Source: a virus
DNA length: 64,000 bases
UHGV virus genome: UHGV-1351772
Direction: 5' to 3' (one strand)
The translations under genes and the position numbers were made by a program. Below are positions 10,021 to 18,918 of this stretch, one piece after another (position 1 is the stretch's first letter; the number at the start of each line of letters is the position of its first letter). The notes under the pieces are model-generated. The model saw only the letters and a program-made list of their open reading frames with translations. It made no database searches and was not told the origin of the DNA.

Positions 10021-10667
10021 CGAAAGAAGAAATCCGTCGTCGTTATTTTGCGCACGATTTACCGATTGACCGTCATGGTAACTACATGGAGAAAATCGGT
10101 AGCGAAGATCACGGCCGTACAGGGTTTTGTGCGTTACTGCACTATAAGTTGATTGATGGGATGTCTGATCGCGAAGCATTGGAACAAATGCGTAACTACG
10201 ACATGTCTGAAATCGAAGCACGGTTTACGCTACAGAAAGCGAAAGACTTTGTTAACGACACGTTGGGGATTGACCTGGAAGAAATTCGTACAGGTTTACG
10301 TTCCACAGTGCGGTACATCTTTACCGATGTTCAGAAAATTCTAAGCGCTTTGGAATTCCGTTATCAGGATGCACGCTATGCTGAGATTCAGGTAGGTGAT
10401 TTCACTTTCCAGGCAGATGAGAAGTCACAGGTAGCACTGAGTCGTTATATCCAGTCAGAAACTGCGCCAGCGTATTGGTTAACGGCTAACAACACCCGTA
10501 TCGAACCGTTTACGTTAGAACAGTGCAAGACGTTGCTGGCAGCAATCGTTGAGCGCGATCAAAGACTACACCACGCAATGTCTGAGCAGAAAAGAGAAGT
10601 CAGAGCTTGGGCTGAAGCACGTGATTACGATTCAATTAAAGCGTTTGCGTTAGAGCAAGGGCTGTAA
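9996..10667 (+). CDS. hypothetical protein (operon member)
   Basis: AAAGGAG RBS 7 nt upstream; last gene before a bidirectional terminator. Confidence 0.55.
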   Translation: MSATGEGLTKEEIRRRYFAHDLPIDRHGNYMEKIGSEDHGRTGFCALLHYKLIDGMSDREALEQMRNYDMSEIEARFTLQKAKDFVNDTLGIDLEEIRTGLRSTVRYIFTDVQKILSALEFRYQDARYAEIQVGDFTFQADEKSQVALSRYIQSETAPAYWLTANNTRIEPFTLEQCKTLLAAIVERDQRLHHAMSEQKREVRAWAEARDYDSIKAFALEQGL

Positions 10668-10688
10668 TCGACAGCGAAAAAAAATAGT

Positions 10689-10725
10689 ATACCTACCTCC
10701 TATTACGGGAGGTAGGTATTTTTTC
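10689..10725. terminator. bidirectional rho-independent terminator between convergent genes
   Basis: Perfect 11-bp stem TACCTACCTCC / GGAGGTAGGTA flanked by an A-run upstream and a T-run downstream. Confidence 0.7.
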
Positions 10726-11256
10726 TTAGGACGTAAAACCGTCCAGCTCACCGTTGGTGGTGGCCAGGTCAATACGATTATCAACAACTTTCGGCGTAAT
10801 TACGAAAGTTGCCATTACACCCGGTTTATATCGGAGGTTCTTTTCAGTAACGGTACACGTTACCGTACGCAGAGTGACGTTATCATGTTCGTCTTTCTGG
10901 TCTTCGGTGTTGTACACAACGTCGCCTGGTGCGATAGCATCGTTCGGTTTAACTTTATTGATGTAATATTGTAACCAAGCGCGCAGTTCATTTTCTTGAA
11001 CCCAGCGAGACAGATCGTCAGTTAGTTCAATACGGCCTACAACACCCGGTTCCAGACGATCGTAATGCAGTTCGATTGCGCCTTTGAAATTCTCAGAACC
11101 CGGTAGTGCAGTCATGGTAACTTTGGTATTCTTACCTTCGCCTTCCAGCGCAGTAGGGAGACCAAAGGACACTTCTTTATCAGTTACCTGATGTGGTAGC
11201 TCAGTGTTAGCAGCATTATAAAGCGCGACCAACATCATCTGGTTAGTAGCTGCCAT
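10726..11256 (-). CDS. hypothetical protein, small-protein paralog family (member 1 of 6)
   Basis: 176 aa; shares with 11323..11853 the pattern NTK(V/I)T(M/L)TA...(S/Q)NFKG...HY.RL and the C-terminal ELDGFT. Confidence 0.6.
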   Translation of the reverse strand: MAATNQMMLVALYNAANTELPHQVTDKEVSFGLPTALEGEGKNTKVTMTALPGSENFKGAIELHYDRLEPGVVGRIELTDDLSRWVQENELRAWLQYYINKVKPNDAIAPGDVVYNTEDQKDEHDNVTLRTVTCTVTEKNLRYKPGVMATFVITPKVVDNRIDLATTNGELDGFTS

Positions 11257-11304
11257 TATCTTAAATCCTCAATAGTACGAGTTAAAGAAATATCGGGGAG
11301 GTTA

Positions 11305-11314
11305 CCCCCCCCCC
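11305..11314. repeat. homopolymeric C10 tract (G10 on the minus strand), intergenic
   Basis: Ten consecutive C read directly; lies about 50 nt upstream of the minus-strand start at 11256. Confidence 0.9.
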
Positions 11315-11322
11315 GACTTTAA

Positions 11323-11853
11323 TTATTCTTTAGGAGACGGTGCGGTGAAGCCATCCAGTTCACCTTCCAAACCGCTCAGTGCTACTTTCTCAGGAGCCGG
11401 AGGAGTAACTTTATACGTCGCGACAGTACCAGGCAGGAACTTCAAGTGGCCAGCCACAACCGTTACCACGTAAATGGTTTTGCCTTCTTCTTCACGGGAA
11501 ATAGTTTGCAGGTCGTTTTCACCGAACTCGTCATCGGTGTACCCTTTCTCAGCCATGGCTGCGTTAACTTTCGCCAGGATCTTCGTTGGTGAATCGAAAT
11601 CGGTAGTAGGTGCAGTTACTTCAACTTCACCAACGATGTCGCAGGAAAGACGAGTATAGTGGAATTCTTTCTCGCCTTTGAAGTTCTGGCTTTCTGCCTT
11701 GGCGGTCAGAGTAATTTTAGTGTTGCGGCCAGCTTCTCCGGTGAACTCAGCGACAGCACTAAAATTAACATCATTTACAGTCAGCTTAGAAGCAGTTTGG
11801 TTGTTTTTAGCAATTACAATCTCGATAAGCTGCTGTTGAAAAGTTTTAGCCAT
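11323..11853 (-). CDS. hypothetical protein, small-protein paralog family (member 2 of 6)
   Basis: 176 aa tandem paralog of 10726..11256. Confidence 0.6.
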   Translation of the reverse strand: MAKTFQQQLIEIVIAKNNQTASKLTVNDVNFSAVAEFTGEAGRNTKITLTAKAESQNFKGEKEFHYTRLSCDIVGEVEVTAPTTDFDSPTKILAKVNAAMAEKGYTDDEFGENDLQTISREEEGKTIYVVTVVAGHLKFLPGTVATYKVTPPAPEKVALSGLEGELDGFTAPSPKE

Positions 11854-11992
11854 TGTTTTACCTCGTAAGTAGTATGGGTGGTTTGCATAGTATTGTTCGG
11901 ATTATAGAAGTGTTGTTAATAGTTATGACAGACAGCAGTAAGGGTTGTCTGTAAAATTATTATTTTTTAACTTTTTATAGAAGGGTGAAAAC

Positions 11993-12472
11993 ATGCTAAA
12001 ACGTTTTCTACTTGTTGTAACTGCAGCACTTTCGTTGGCAAGCTGTGCCCTACAACCCACCGCTAACGGTCAATTCTCGACTGTACCCGTAGAGCCACAC
12101 GACATGGTTATTTACACCTGTATGGGTGTAGAGCAAGATTTTGTAAATTATAAACCTGTCGTCAATTCGACTAACCTAATGTTAGGCTCAGTAACTGTAA
12201 TCGATACTGGTGCTAACTGGGTAGCCACCTGGCCAAATGGTAAGATTGAGTCACCCCAACTTTATAAAGATCTATTAGGTAAAGTTAATGGGAATATCGA
12301 TCCTATCACGGGACAACGTTACTACCGTGTAAATGGGTTACTTTCAAAAACACCAACATTTGCGTATTCTACTTTAGAATATAAAACGGGTGATGGTAAA
12401 GGCATTACTTTCTTCCACTGTAAGGAAGGTGTAGCTCCTGACACTGGAACAATGCTCCATCCTGCGGAATAA
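11993..12472 (+). CDS. putative lipoprotein (moron-like; candidate superinfection-exclusion factor)
   Basis: Signal peptide with lipobox LASC (MLKRFLLVVTAALSLASC); isolated plus-strand gene with AT-rich upstream region and its own terminator. Confidence 0.6.
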   Translation: MLKRFLLVVTAALSLASCALQPTANGQFSTVPVEPHDMVIYTCMGVEQDFVNYKPVVNSTNLMLGSVTVIDTGANWVATWPNGKIESPQLYKDLLGKVNGNIDPITGQRYYRVNGLLSKTPTFAYSTLEYKTGDGKGITFFHCKEGVAPDTGTMLHPAE

Positions 12473-12480
12473 TAAAAACT

Positions 12481-12520
12481 ACCCTACTCCTTATCGGGAG
12501 TAGGGTATATTCATTTTAAC
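12481..12520 (+). terminator. rho-independent terminator after the lipoprotein gene
   Basis: Stem ACCCTACTCC / GGAGTAGGGT followed by a T-rich stretch. Confidence 0.5.
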
Positions 12521-12590
12521 CGCTAAATCGTGCGTAAAACGCGTTCTAAGCGTCTTTATACAAATTAAGGTATAAACACCTTAGAAATAG

Positions 12591-13106
12591 TTAAATCTCG
12601 ACTAAGGCGCTCCAATCGATTGGTTTTTGCTTAACAACCTTCACAGTGCCACGATTTGGTGACCAGAAAGTAATGTTAGGCTGGTTACGAACGTCGATGT
12701 GTAACCAACTGATGTCACATTCAATAAAGTGAATGAACGGAAACTCGTCGGGGTTAGCAGCGATATAGTCGTGAACCTGTTTTACGGTGCTATCCAACAA
12801 CGTTGCATCAATGGCGTTACCGAATTTGTGCTGACTTCCTGAATCGGCGTAAAGCTGTAACGCACGTTGTTTATAACTACCACCCTTAGGCTTTTCTTGA
12901 TTAATAAAGAAATCTAAGGTTCTTAGTCCGCGTTGTTGTGAAGCGGTTGAGTTAATCACCATTCTACCGAAACGATTACGAATCTGTTGTAGCGAAATCA
13001 TTAACAACGGGTTCATAAACCGGATTGCAGAATCGCCGTATTTGGCAATATAAGACTGTGGTACTAACTCTCTGAGTTTAAAATTACTCGGATTTGGATG
13101 AAACAT
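12591..13106 (-). CDS. peptidase M15-like peptidoglycan hydrolase (L-Ala-D-Glu endopeptidase-type lysin)
   Basis: Zn-binding signature SQHKFGNAID (S-x-H-x-x-G-x-A-x-D) and downstream WLHID, as in M15 phage endolysins. Confidence 0.65.
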   Translation of the reverse strand: MFHPNPSNFKLRELVPQSYIAKYGDSAIRFMNPLLMISLQQIRNRFGRMVINSTASQQRGLRTLDFFINQEKPKGGSYKQRALQLYADSGSQHKFGNAIDATLLDSTVKQVHDYIAANPDEFPFIHFIECDISWLHIDVRNQPNITFWSPNRGTVKVVKQKPIDWSALVEI

Positions 13107-13758
13107 CTTCCCTCCCTGACAGAAAAGCGCGTTTGATGTTCAGGTATTTGACATTAACGGGTTGTTCTGTGGTGATATCAATACGTTCGTGGTTAGGGAT
13201 TGCAGGTTCCTTAAACTCGCGAACGAATAAATAGTTTCGATTGTAATCTAACGTACGAAACGCGTTAGTGCTGTAGGATGGTTTTGCATTAGGATCTACG
13301 TAGGCATCCCAGCCGAATTCAACAACGGCCTTATAAAATGTTTGGCAGATATAAGGCGAGATTTCCAACGACTGCATAATACGCAGGAATGTTAAGTCAG
13401 AGAACTCTTTATCGATAATACGCGAAACGTTACCACCCGGTGTCATGGGATAGCTACGCTCCGTGTTACATTTTTGATAGAGTAAGTCGTGAATACACGC
13501 AGCCGGTGCCCAAGGCCCGTCAGGATGGAAAATTCCCTGTAAGCGTTCGGGTATCGACGCTAAGTCCGTTACGAACCCTTTCGGAGCGGTTAACCACAGT
13601 TGCGTGTCAGGTAATACACCGGTTAAATAAACCGCACGGTCTAAGTGTACGTGGTCGTGATAAATCTCACGTAACGTAAACGGATAATGGTAATCCTCCG
13701 TTAATACAAACCACTTATTATCTAAACGTTTATATTGAAGCTTTTCCATTACCCACAC
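13084..13758 (-). CDS. DUF1353-like protein
   Basis: Motifs GFVTDLASIP and IHDLLY recalled as typical of DUF1353. Confidence 0.45.
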   Translation of the reverse strand: MWVMEKLQYKRLDNKWFVLTEDYHYPFTLREIYHDHVHLDRAVYLTGVLPDTQLWLTAPKGFVTDLASIPERLQGIFHPDGPWAPAACIHDLLYQKCNTERSYPMTPGGNVSRIIDKEFSDLTFLRIMQSLEISPYICQTFYKAVVEFGWDAYVDPNAKPSYSTNAFRTLDYNRNYLFVREFKEPAIPNHERIDITTEQPVNVKYLNIKRAFLSGREDVSSKSE

Positions 13759-13865
13759 CTTTCCTTACAAAAACCAGAAGAATTCTTGCCCACGTTTTTC
13801 GTCTTTACGTTTTCGACCAGACGTTAACGCTTTCCACAATAACACTAAGAGTTTAGCAAACCAGT

Positions 13866-14456
13866 TCATTTTACTAACCCCGCTTTCACCGCATAATCTG
13901 CCATTTCTCTGAACACGCGGCCGTACCAGCCGTAGGTGTATTTCTCGTTTCTCTTACGTTTTTCGGAGATTTCCGTGTAGTAAGTTACTTGGTGCGAGAT
14001 TAACGCAAAGATTAAAATGCTTAACCCTTTATCTTTACGGTATTTCAGATACGCGTTCAACGCGCCCAGCGTTTTAGGCCCCATTCCACCGTCAGCATCG
14101 ATGTCCGCGTAGAGTTTACCTTCGTTGTTCAACACGTTGAGAATACGCTGGAGCGATTTCACGCAGTTGGCACGACCTGCGTTAATTCCGAAATCAAACA
14201 TCCGGTCAGCCAGTAAAGGCGAGATAGCAAAAATCTCATCGAGTTTGAGTTTCTTCCACCAACCACGATCGTAAATGTCAAAAGCTTGAACACGGGTAAG
14301 GTCTTTCATTTTCCCTTTATAACCATACTCACGTGCAGTCGTTACCGTGATACCGTGGTTCGTTTCTGCACCTAAGTCGTCAGGGTCGTTGACGTACCCG
14401 CCTTCTAAATCCGTTTTGGATTCAATAATACCTTCTTTAGTCCAACGTTCAGCCAT
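13866..14456 (-). CDS. GH108-family lysozyme-like protein with C-terminal peptidoglycan-binding domain
   Basis: N-terminal EGGYVNDPDD...ETNHGIT signature (GH108-like); C-terminal region resembles PG_binding_3. Confidence 0.65.
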   Translation of the reverse strand: MAERWTKEGIIESKTDLEGGYVNDPDDLGAETNHGITVTTAREYGYKGKMKDLTRVQAFDIYDRGWWKKLKLDEIFAISPLLADRMFDFGINAGRANCVKSLQRILNVLNNEGKLYADIDADGGMGPKTLGALNAYLKYRKDKGLSILIFALISHQVTYYTEISEKRKRNEKYTYGWYGRVFREMADYAVKAGLVK

Positions 14457-14474
14457 TTTGTTTAACTCCCATTT

Positions 14475-14517
14475 TACACAAAAAAGAAAAACGTTGGGTG
14501 GGTTTTACCCCACCCAA
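14475..14517 (-). terminator. rho-independent terminator (minus strand)
   Basis: Stem GGGTGGG / CCCACCC followed on the minus strand by a T-run. Confidence 0.6.
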
Positions 14518-14520
14518 ATC

Positions 14521-15018
14521 TTACTTGGATTTTCGTGCACGAGTTGTACGTGCTTTAGCTGCTTTTGGCGCAGGTTCAGCATCTTCAGCAGTTTTACGTG
14601 CAACGCGCACCGTAAAACCGCCTACCCAGGTTAAACATTCAGGGCGGAAGAAAATACCGTGTTCGATTGCGCTACCGTCTAACGGTAACTCGCCGACCTG
14701 CTCTACCCACACGTCGTCTTCTGTAAGGGTTAGGCTGTACTGCTCGTTAATGACGGGCAGTAAGTCAGCGGTAGTCGTTGCAGATTCTACCAACAGCTTC
14801 GGTAATACGTTCAGGAAATATAAACCTGCGTCAATGCGGTTATACTGGAACGTTTGTTCGTTAGTGTAACCGAGATTCTTAATTGACGCAACCGTAATTT
14901 CGGTATTGTAAGTACCGGTGGTCACAACCGGATCGCCCAGCGTGACTTTGGCGGTGTCAAGCTCAGCGTCTGGGTTAGCCTTTTTAATAAGGTCGAAGAT
15001 AGTTTCTTGACTGGTCAT
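14521..15018 (-). CDS. hypothetical protein, small-protein paralog family (member 3 of 6)
   Basis: 165 aa; N-terminal (I/L)xxLI(K/N)...TxxDV pattern and ADLL..IN..Y.L block shared with 15032..15880. Confidence 0.55.
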   Translation of the reverse strand: MTSQETIFDLIKKANPDAELDTAKVTLGDPVVTTGTYNTEITVASIKNLGYTNEQTFQYNRIDAGLYFLNVLPKLLVESATTTADLLPVINEQYSLTLTEDDVWVEQVGELPLDGSAIEHGIFFRPECLTWVGGFTVRVARKTAEDAEPAPKAAKARTTRARKSK

Positions 15019-15031
15019 TACTGTAATCCTC

Positions 15032-15880
15032 TTAATCTAAGAATCCCGGTAAGACCGAATTAGTTTTAGCTAATTCAATCTTCGACTTTGGACGATCGGT
15101 ACCGTTAAAATGGATTAACAGATTACCGGTCAGGTTAGAACACAACGGGCTGAGCGTCAGCACCAACACACGTGTGAACTTCGTATTTGCGCCTTCGAAA
15201 CCTGCGGTAGGACCATCGTAGATAACCTTAGCACCGTACAGGTTATTAGCAGCGTTCTTAGGTACACTTACCCATTTCTCGTCAACGACGTTATCCAGCT
15301 TAGTAGCTAACTCAGCCAGGTCGACGGTGTCGTTAATGGTAATCGGATCGAGGTAATCTTTTTCTGCGGTGAAGTCAATTGGGTAAGAATAAACTGCAGC
15401 GTTACCTTTCTTAGTGGACGGATACTCTACCAGGTTTTCTAATTGAGTAACAGGTAACAATTTAGCCAGATCAATAGGGTCGCGTAGCGTGAGTGTCACC
15501 TCGCCACACCATTCGTAGGATTTCTCGTTAGCGGTAAGCTGATGGGTTTCACCTTCAACTTTCGCATCAATGATATCCGACGGCAGAATATTTAAATCGT
15601 ATTTTGCGTTGATTGCATTAAGCAAATCTGCAGCGGTTACAACACCGTCGTTACCGAATACCAACTCACCTGTTAGGTATTCGGGCAAATTACGACGATG
15701 ATAAGTCACAGTTAAAGTAGTAGACTCATCGCCTTTGAGTTTAGAAGTCAGAACCACCTGGGTATCAACCCCAGTACCAGTAGGTTCGCCGATATCAACA
15801 TCACTGAAGGTCAATGGCGGAACAATATTGTTTTCAGTGTTGATGAGTTTTAGCAGTTTCTGTTTTGACGTAAGAGACAT
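15032..15880 (-). CDS. hypothetical protein, small-protein paralog family (member 4 of 6, extended)
   Basis: 282 aa; LTFSDVDIG and AADLLNAINAKYDL blocks. Confidence 0.55.
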   Translation of the reverse strand: MSLTSKQKLLKLINTENNIVPPLTFSDVDIGEPTGTGVDTQVVLTSKLKGDESTTLTVTYHRRNLPEYLTGELVFGNDGVVTAADLLNAINAKYDLNILPSDIIDAKVEGETHQLTANEKSYEWCGEVTLTLRDPIDLAKLLPVTQLENLVEYPSTKKGNAAVYSYPIDFTAEKDYLDPITINDTVDLAELATKLDNVVDEKWVSVPKNAANNLYGAKVIYDGPTAGFEGANTKFTRVLVLTLSPLCSNLTGNLLIHFNGTDRPKSKIELAKTNSVLPGFLD

Positions 15881-15984
15881 CGCGTTAACTCACAATAAGT
15901 AAAAAGGTTTAAGAGGTTGTTTTACATCCCTCAGCCAGCATAGGAATAGTCGAGTAGAGAGTAAGCAAAGTAGTGTCAAAATAA

Positions 15985-16040
15985 CAAAAAAGAAAAGGGA
16001 AAGAAAATTAATTCCGCTATAGACCGAAGCCTATAGCGGA
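15985..16040 (-). terminator. rho-independent terminator (minus strand)
   Basis: Inverted repeat TCCGCTATAG / CTATAGCGGA followed on the minus strand by a T-rich run. Confidence 0.55.
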
Positions 16041-16046
16041 GTGAGA

Positions 16047-16478
16047 TTAACGAACGTTGTGTGCTAAGTACATCAGGGTCCGGGTGTCGATATCACGAGA
16101 AGTTTGCGACATCTGACTCAGTAGAGTGCTGGCAGTAGGATCGTTGTAAACACGACTTAACCATTCGTCAACCATTTCTGGTACAGTGTCGACCAGAAGC
16201 GGATAGTTAAGATTTTCCAGTGTGTATTCAACGAATTCGTGCATCAGATTCTGGTCACGATGCATAGTGTCACCTAACTCACCTACAGGGTACTCTTCGC
16301 GAGGACGTTTACCCCAGCTACAGATGTGCATGTAGTTAGTATTCACAATTTCCTGATATTCTTCTAACTTAACTAAATCGAAATCAGTATTTGGACGACA
16401 GAAACCTGCTAAAACGCCCAGAGCAATAGGGTTGTTACGAATGTAGTTACGGATATCATCTTTTAATACGAAAAACAT
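16047..16478 (-). CDS. hypothetical protein (paralog of 17698..18126)
   Basis: 143 aa; N-terminus L.DDIRNYIR..P..VLA resembles 17698..18126 (LRDYIRQYPASIPVLA). Confidence 0.55.
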   Translation of the reverse strand: MFFVLKDDIRNYIRNNPIALGVLAGFCRPNTDFDLVKLEEYQEIVNTNYMHICSWGKRPREEYPVGELGDTMHRDQNLMHEFVEYTLENLNYPLLVDTVPEMVDEWLSRVYNDPTASTLLSQMSQTSRDIDTRTLMYLAHNVR

Positions 16479-16494
16479 TTTAATACTCCTTTAG

Positions 16495-16530
16495 GTAAAA
16501 ACAATAATAGAGGGGTGAATTGTCACCCCT
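16495..16530 (-). terminator. rho-independent terminator (minus strand)
   Basis: Stem AGGGGTGA / TCACCCCT plus T-rich tail on the minus strand. Confidence 0.55.
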
Positions 16531-16554
16531 TAGATGAATTTAGAAAGTCATCAA

Positions 16555-17676
16555 TTAACGAAATTTTTGACAAGCAGGGCAATCGCAGCCTGCGCCAGAA
16601 GATATTTCTCTAAAGAGAGCATCGAACGAATGCTCATTATTTTTAAGAAAACGAACTGACCACAAGTCACGCAGATGAGTTTTTAACTTTCCGATAATAC
16701 CGGGTTCATAGTTGAGTAGAATGGTAAGTGTATTGTCTGTGTAAGTCCACTGACGGACTTTCTCAGGAAACCAACGAGCGATATCACGCATAAACGTATC
16801 GGCATCTTCTTTCCCAATAGTAGTGATTGTCAGAAGACGTAGACGATTGTCAACAATCTCATTAATGAGGTTGCTAATTTCTTCGTCAAGAGCAGCGTCC
16901 CACCATTTCCATTTAATGGTGAGTTTTTCGCCCTCGAGTTTAGTCTCTACTTTGGTAGGATAGAAAGCTGTCAAGGTATCATTAATCGCTTCGGCTTCTG
17001 GACCAGTGTAAGTAAAGGAATACGGTTCTTCGAACCATTTAATAACGTCAGGATCATTATCAACAAGCACAGTTAGAGTGCCGTCGACATAATTAGACCC
17101 ACGAATTTTCTCTTTGTATTCGTGAACAGCACTACGCATGACTGCATCTGCGTCTTCTTTTCCGATATCACGAACCGAAATAAGTCGAACGGCGTCTTTG
17201 ACGATCAGAGCAACGACGATGCGAATAGCTTTCATGATCTTAGGATCGAATTCCTTCATCCTGAAAGCTAACATGTCGTATTTTTGACTAATGTATAAGG
17301 CATCGGGATAGAGGATATTTAATGCCTCTTTAATTTTCTCGATCGTTTCAACATCATATTGATTTACGTATGTCGAGTCTTCATTGTTTATAGACCACTG
17401 CTGCTCTTCGACTTTCGGTTGCTCTGTCTCGGCCGCTTTTACCTTGGCGTTCTCGGCTACCGGGTTGAGTAACTCACCGATTTCCACCGCAATAGTGTCG
17501 CAAAGATAATCGTTGCAGTGAGTCCAGTAGAACACGATGCTTTCATCGTTGACCTGCTCTACACGGAAATGTACACCTTTATCCAGGAATATGCGATAAA
17601 GTTGATCAAGTAACTGTGCTTCAGGAACCGGACGGATTTCAGTTTTAACGAGCGGAGTAATTTCGATATTAAACAT
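16555..17676 (-). CDS. hypothetical protein with internal repeats and C-terminal Cys cluster
   Basis: Two internal repeats (IGKEDADAVMR... / IGKEDADTFMR...); C-terminal GAGCDCPACQKF. Confidence 0.55.
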   Translation of the reverse strand: MFNIEITPLVKTEIRPVPEAQLLDQLYRIFLDKGVHFRVEQVNDESIVFYWTHCNDYLCDTIAVEIGELLNPVAENAKVKAAETEQPKVEEQQWSINNEDSTYVNQYDVETIEKIKEALNILYPDALYISQKYDMLAFRMKEFDPKIMKAIRIVVALIVKDAVRLISVRDIGKEDADAVMRSAVHEYKEKIRGSNYVDGTLTVLVDNDPDVIKWFEEPYSFTYTGPEAEAINDTLTAFYPTKVETKLEGEKLTIKWKWWDAALDEEISNLINEIVDNRLRLLTITTIGKEDADTFMRDIARWFPEKVRQWTYTDNTLTILLNYEPGIIGKLKTHLRDLWSVRFLKNNEHSFDALFREISSGAGCDCPACQKFR

Positions 17677-17697
17677 GTCATTTTTCCTTTTGGTAAA

Positions 17698-18126
17698 TTA
17701 GCTGTAATTGTGCTTAAAGAACTCTAAAGCACGCTGGTCGTTTGTAATCGCCGTTGTGGACATTCGTTTTAACGCCTGTCGGCAGTAAGCGTCGCTCAGA
17801 ATACGTTGCTGCCAAGCGTTGACTATTTCCGTCACTGTTTCCCCTTCTACAGCAGTGTTAAGTTTATCGAGGCAGTGTCGCCCTAACAGAAATGCAACCG
17901 CATAATCTGTAAACATCTCGGTGCCGAAATCCCCGTCGGGATAATCGCAACGTTTACGTACTGACGTTGCGGTAATGGAGTTATAAGCGGTTTTTATTAT
18001 CTCGTGGAACTGTTCCACCGTTAAGATGTTAACGTCAGTACCTGAAAGCGTAAGCGAAGCCAGTACAGGAATACTGGCTGGGTACTGACGGATGTAATCA
18101 CGCAAATCTGAATTGAGCGTTTTCAT
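17698..18126 (-). CDS. hypothetical protein (paralog of 16047..16478)
   Basis: 142 aa; N-terminal similarity to 16047..16478. Confidence 0.55.
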   Translation of the reverse strand: MKTLNSDLRDYIRQYPASIPVLASLTLSGTDVNILTVEQFHEIIKTAYNSITATSVRKRCDYPDGDFGTEMFTDYAVAFLLGRHCLDKLNTAVEGETVTEIVNAWQQRILSDAYCRQALKRMSTTAITNDQRALEFFKHNYS

Positions 18127-18874
18127 TCATGAACCCTTTTGTTTTTATCCAATATAAGCAATTTGCACCAACCTGAACTGGCTCGATCCTATCAAGTTCT
18201 TCCATCAGAGCCAGATAAGTTTGCCAAACGGTTTGACGTTCGAAGAAAAATGATGTTGTGCCATTAGACCTAAGACATGCACGTACTAAGTGCTCGGTTT
18301 GTGAAAACTGAATATTAACGTTGTTCAGGACACGTTGAATAGTATCAGAATCGTAATGCGCGAAACGATCTTTGTGTACCAGAACCATCTCTATAGGCGT
18401 GGAATCGTCATTGACTGAAAAAGGTTCGTCAATGCGAATAAGGTTATTCCGGTGAGGTACTCCATCGTAACCGAGCGTATAGACATCCATACCTTCCCCC
18501 GGGTTACAGTCGAAATACTCCAGAATTTTATCAGCGTTTTTCTCCGCCGAACGTTTAAAGTAAACAATATAAACGGTATGACTAATCTTCTCAACTTCGT
18601 ATACTTTTTCGGAGAACGATCTGAAAATTGCCATGACGTTTAATCTTCCTTTGTCTTTAGCAACGTAACATGCAACTAAACACGTTGCTTCACCACGAAG
18701 AACATCGTCAATGAACTCTTTTGCTCGTTTTAATTCATCCTCGTTAAAACCACCGATAGTGAGCTCATTCCCATAAATCTGATAAGCAAGATGTGGAGTA
18801 ACGTTTTTCAGGAAACTCGTAATGATGTGCGTGTATGCCCAAAGACTACTATTCTTAAACTCGATAGTTTTCAT
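18098..18874 (-). CDS. hypothetical protein
   Basis: 258-aa ORF overlapping the downstream gene start by 29 nt. Confidence 0.5.
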   Translation of the reverse strand: MKTIEFKNSSLWAYTHIITSFLKNVTPHLAYQIYGNELTIGGFNEDELKRAKEFIDDVLRGEATCLVACYVAKDKGRLNVMAIFRSFSEKVYEVEKISHTVYIVYFKRSAEKNADKILEYFDCNPGEGMDVYTLGYDGVPHRNNLIRIDEPFSVNDDSTPIEMVLVHKDRFAHYDSDTIQRVLNNVNIQFSQTEHLVRACLRSNGTTSFFFERQTVWQTYLALMEELDRIEPVQVGANCLYWIKTKGFMNENAQFRFA

Positions 18875-18918
18875 TTTATTTTCCTTTTGGTTTTACAAGC
18901 TGAAGCGTTAATTTACGC

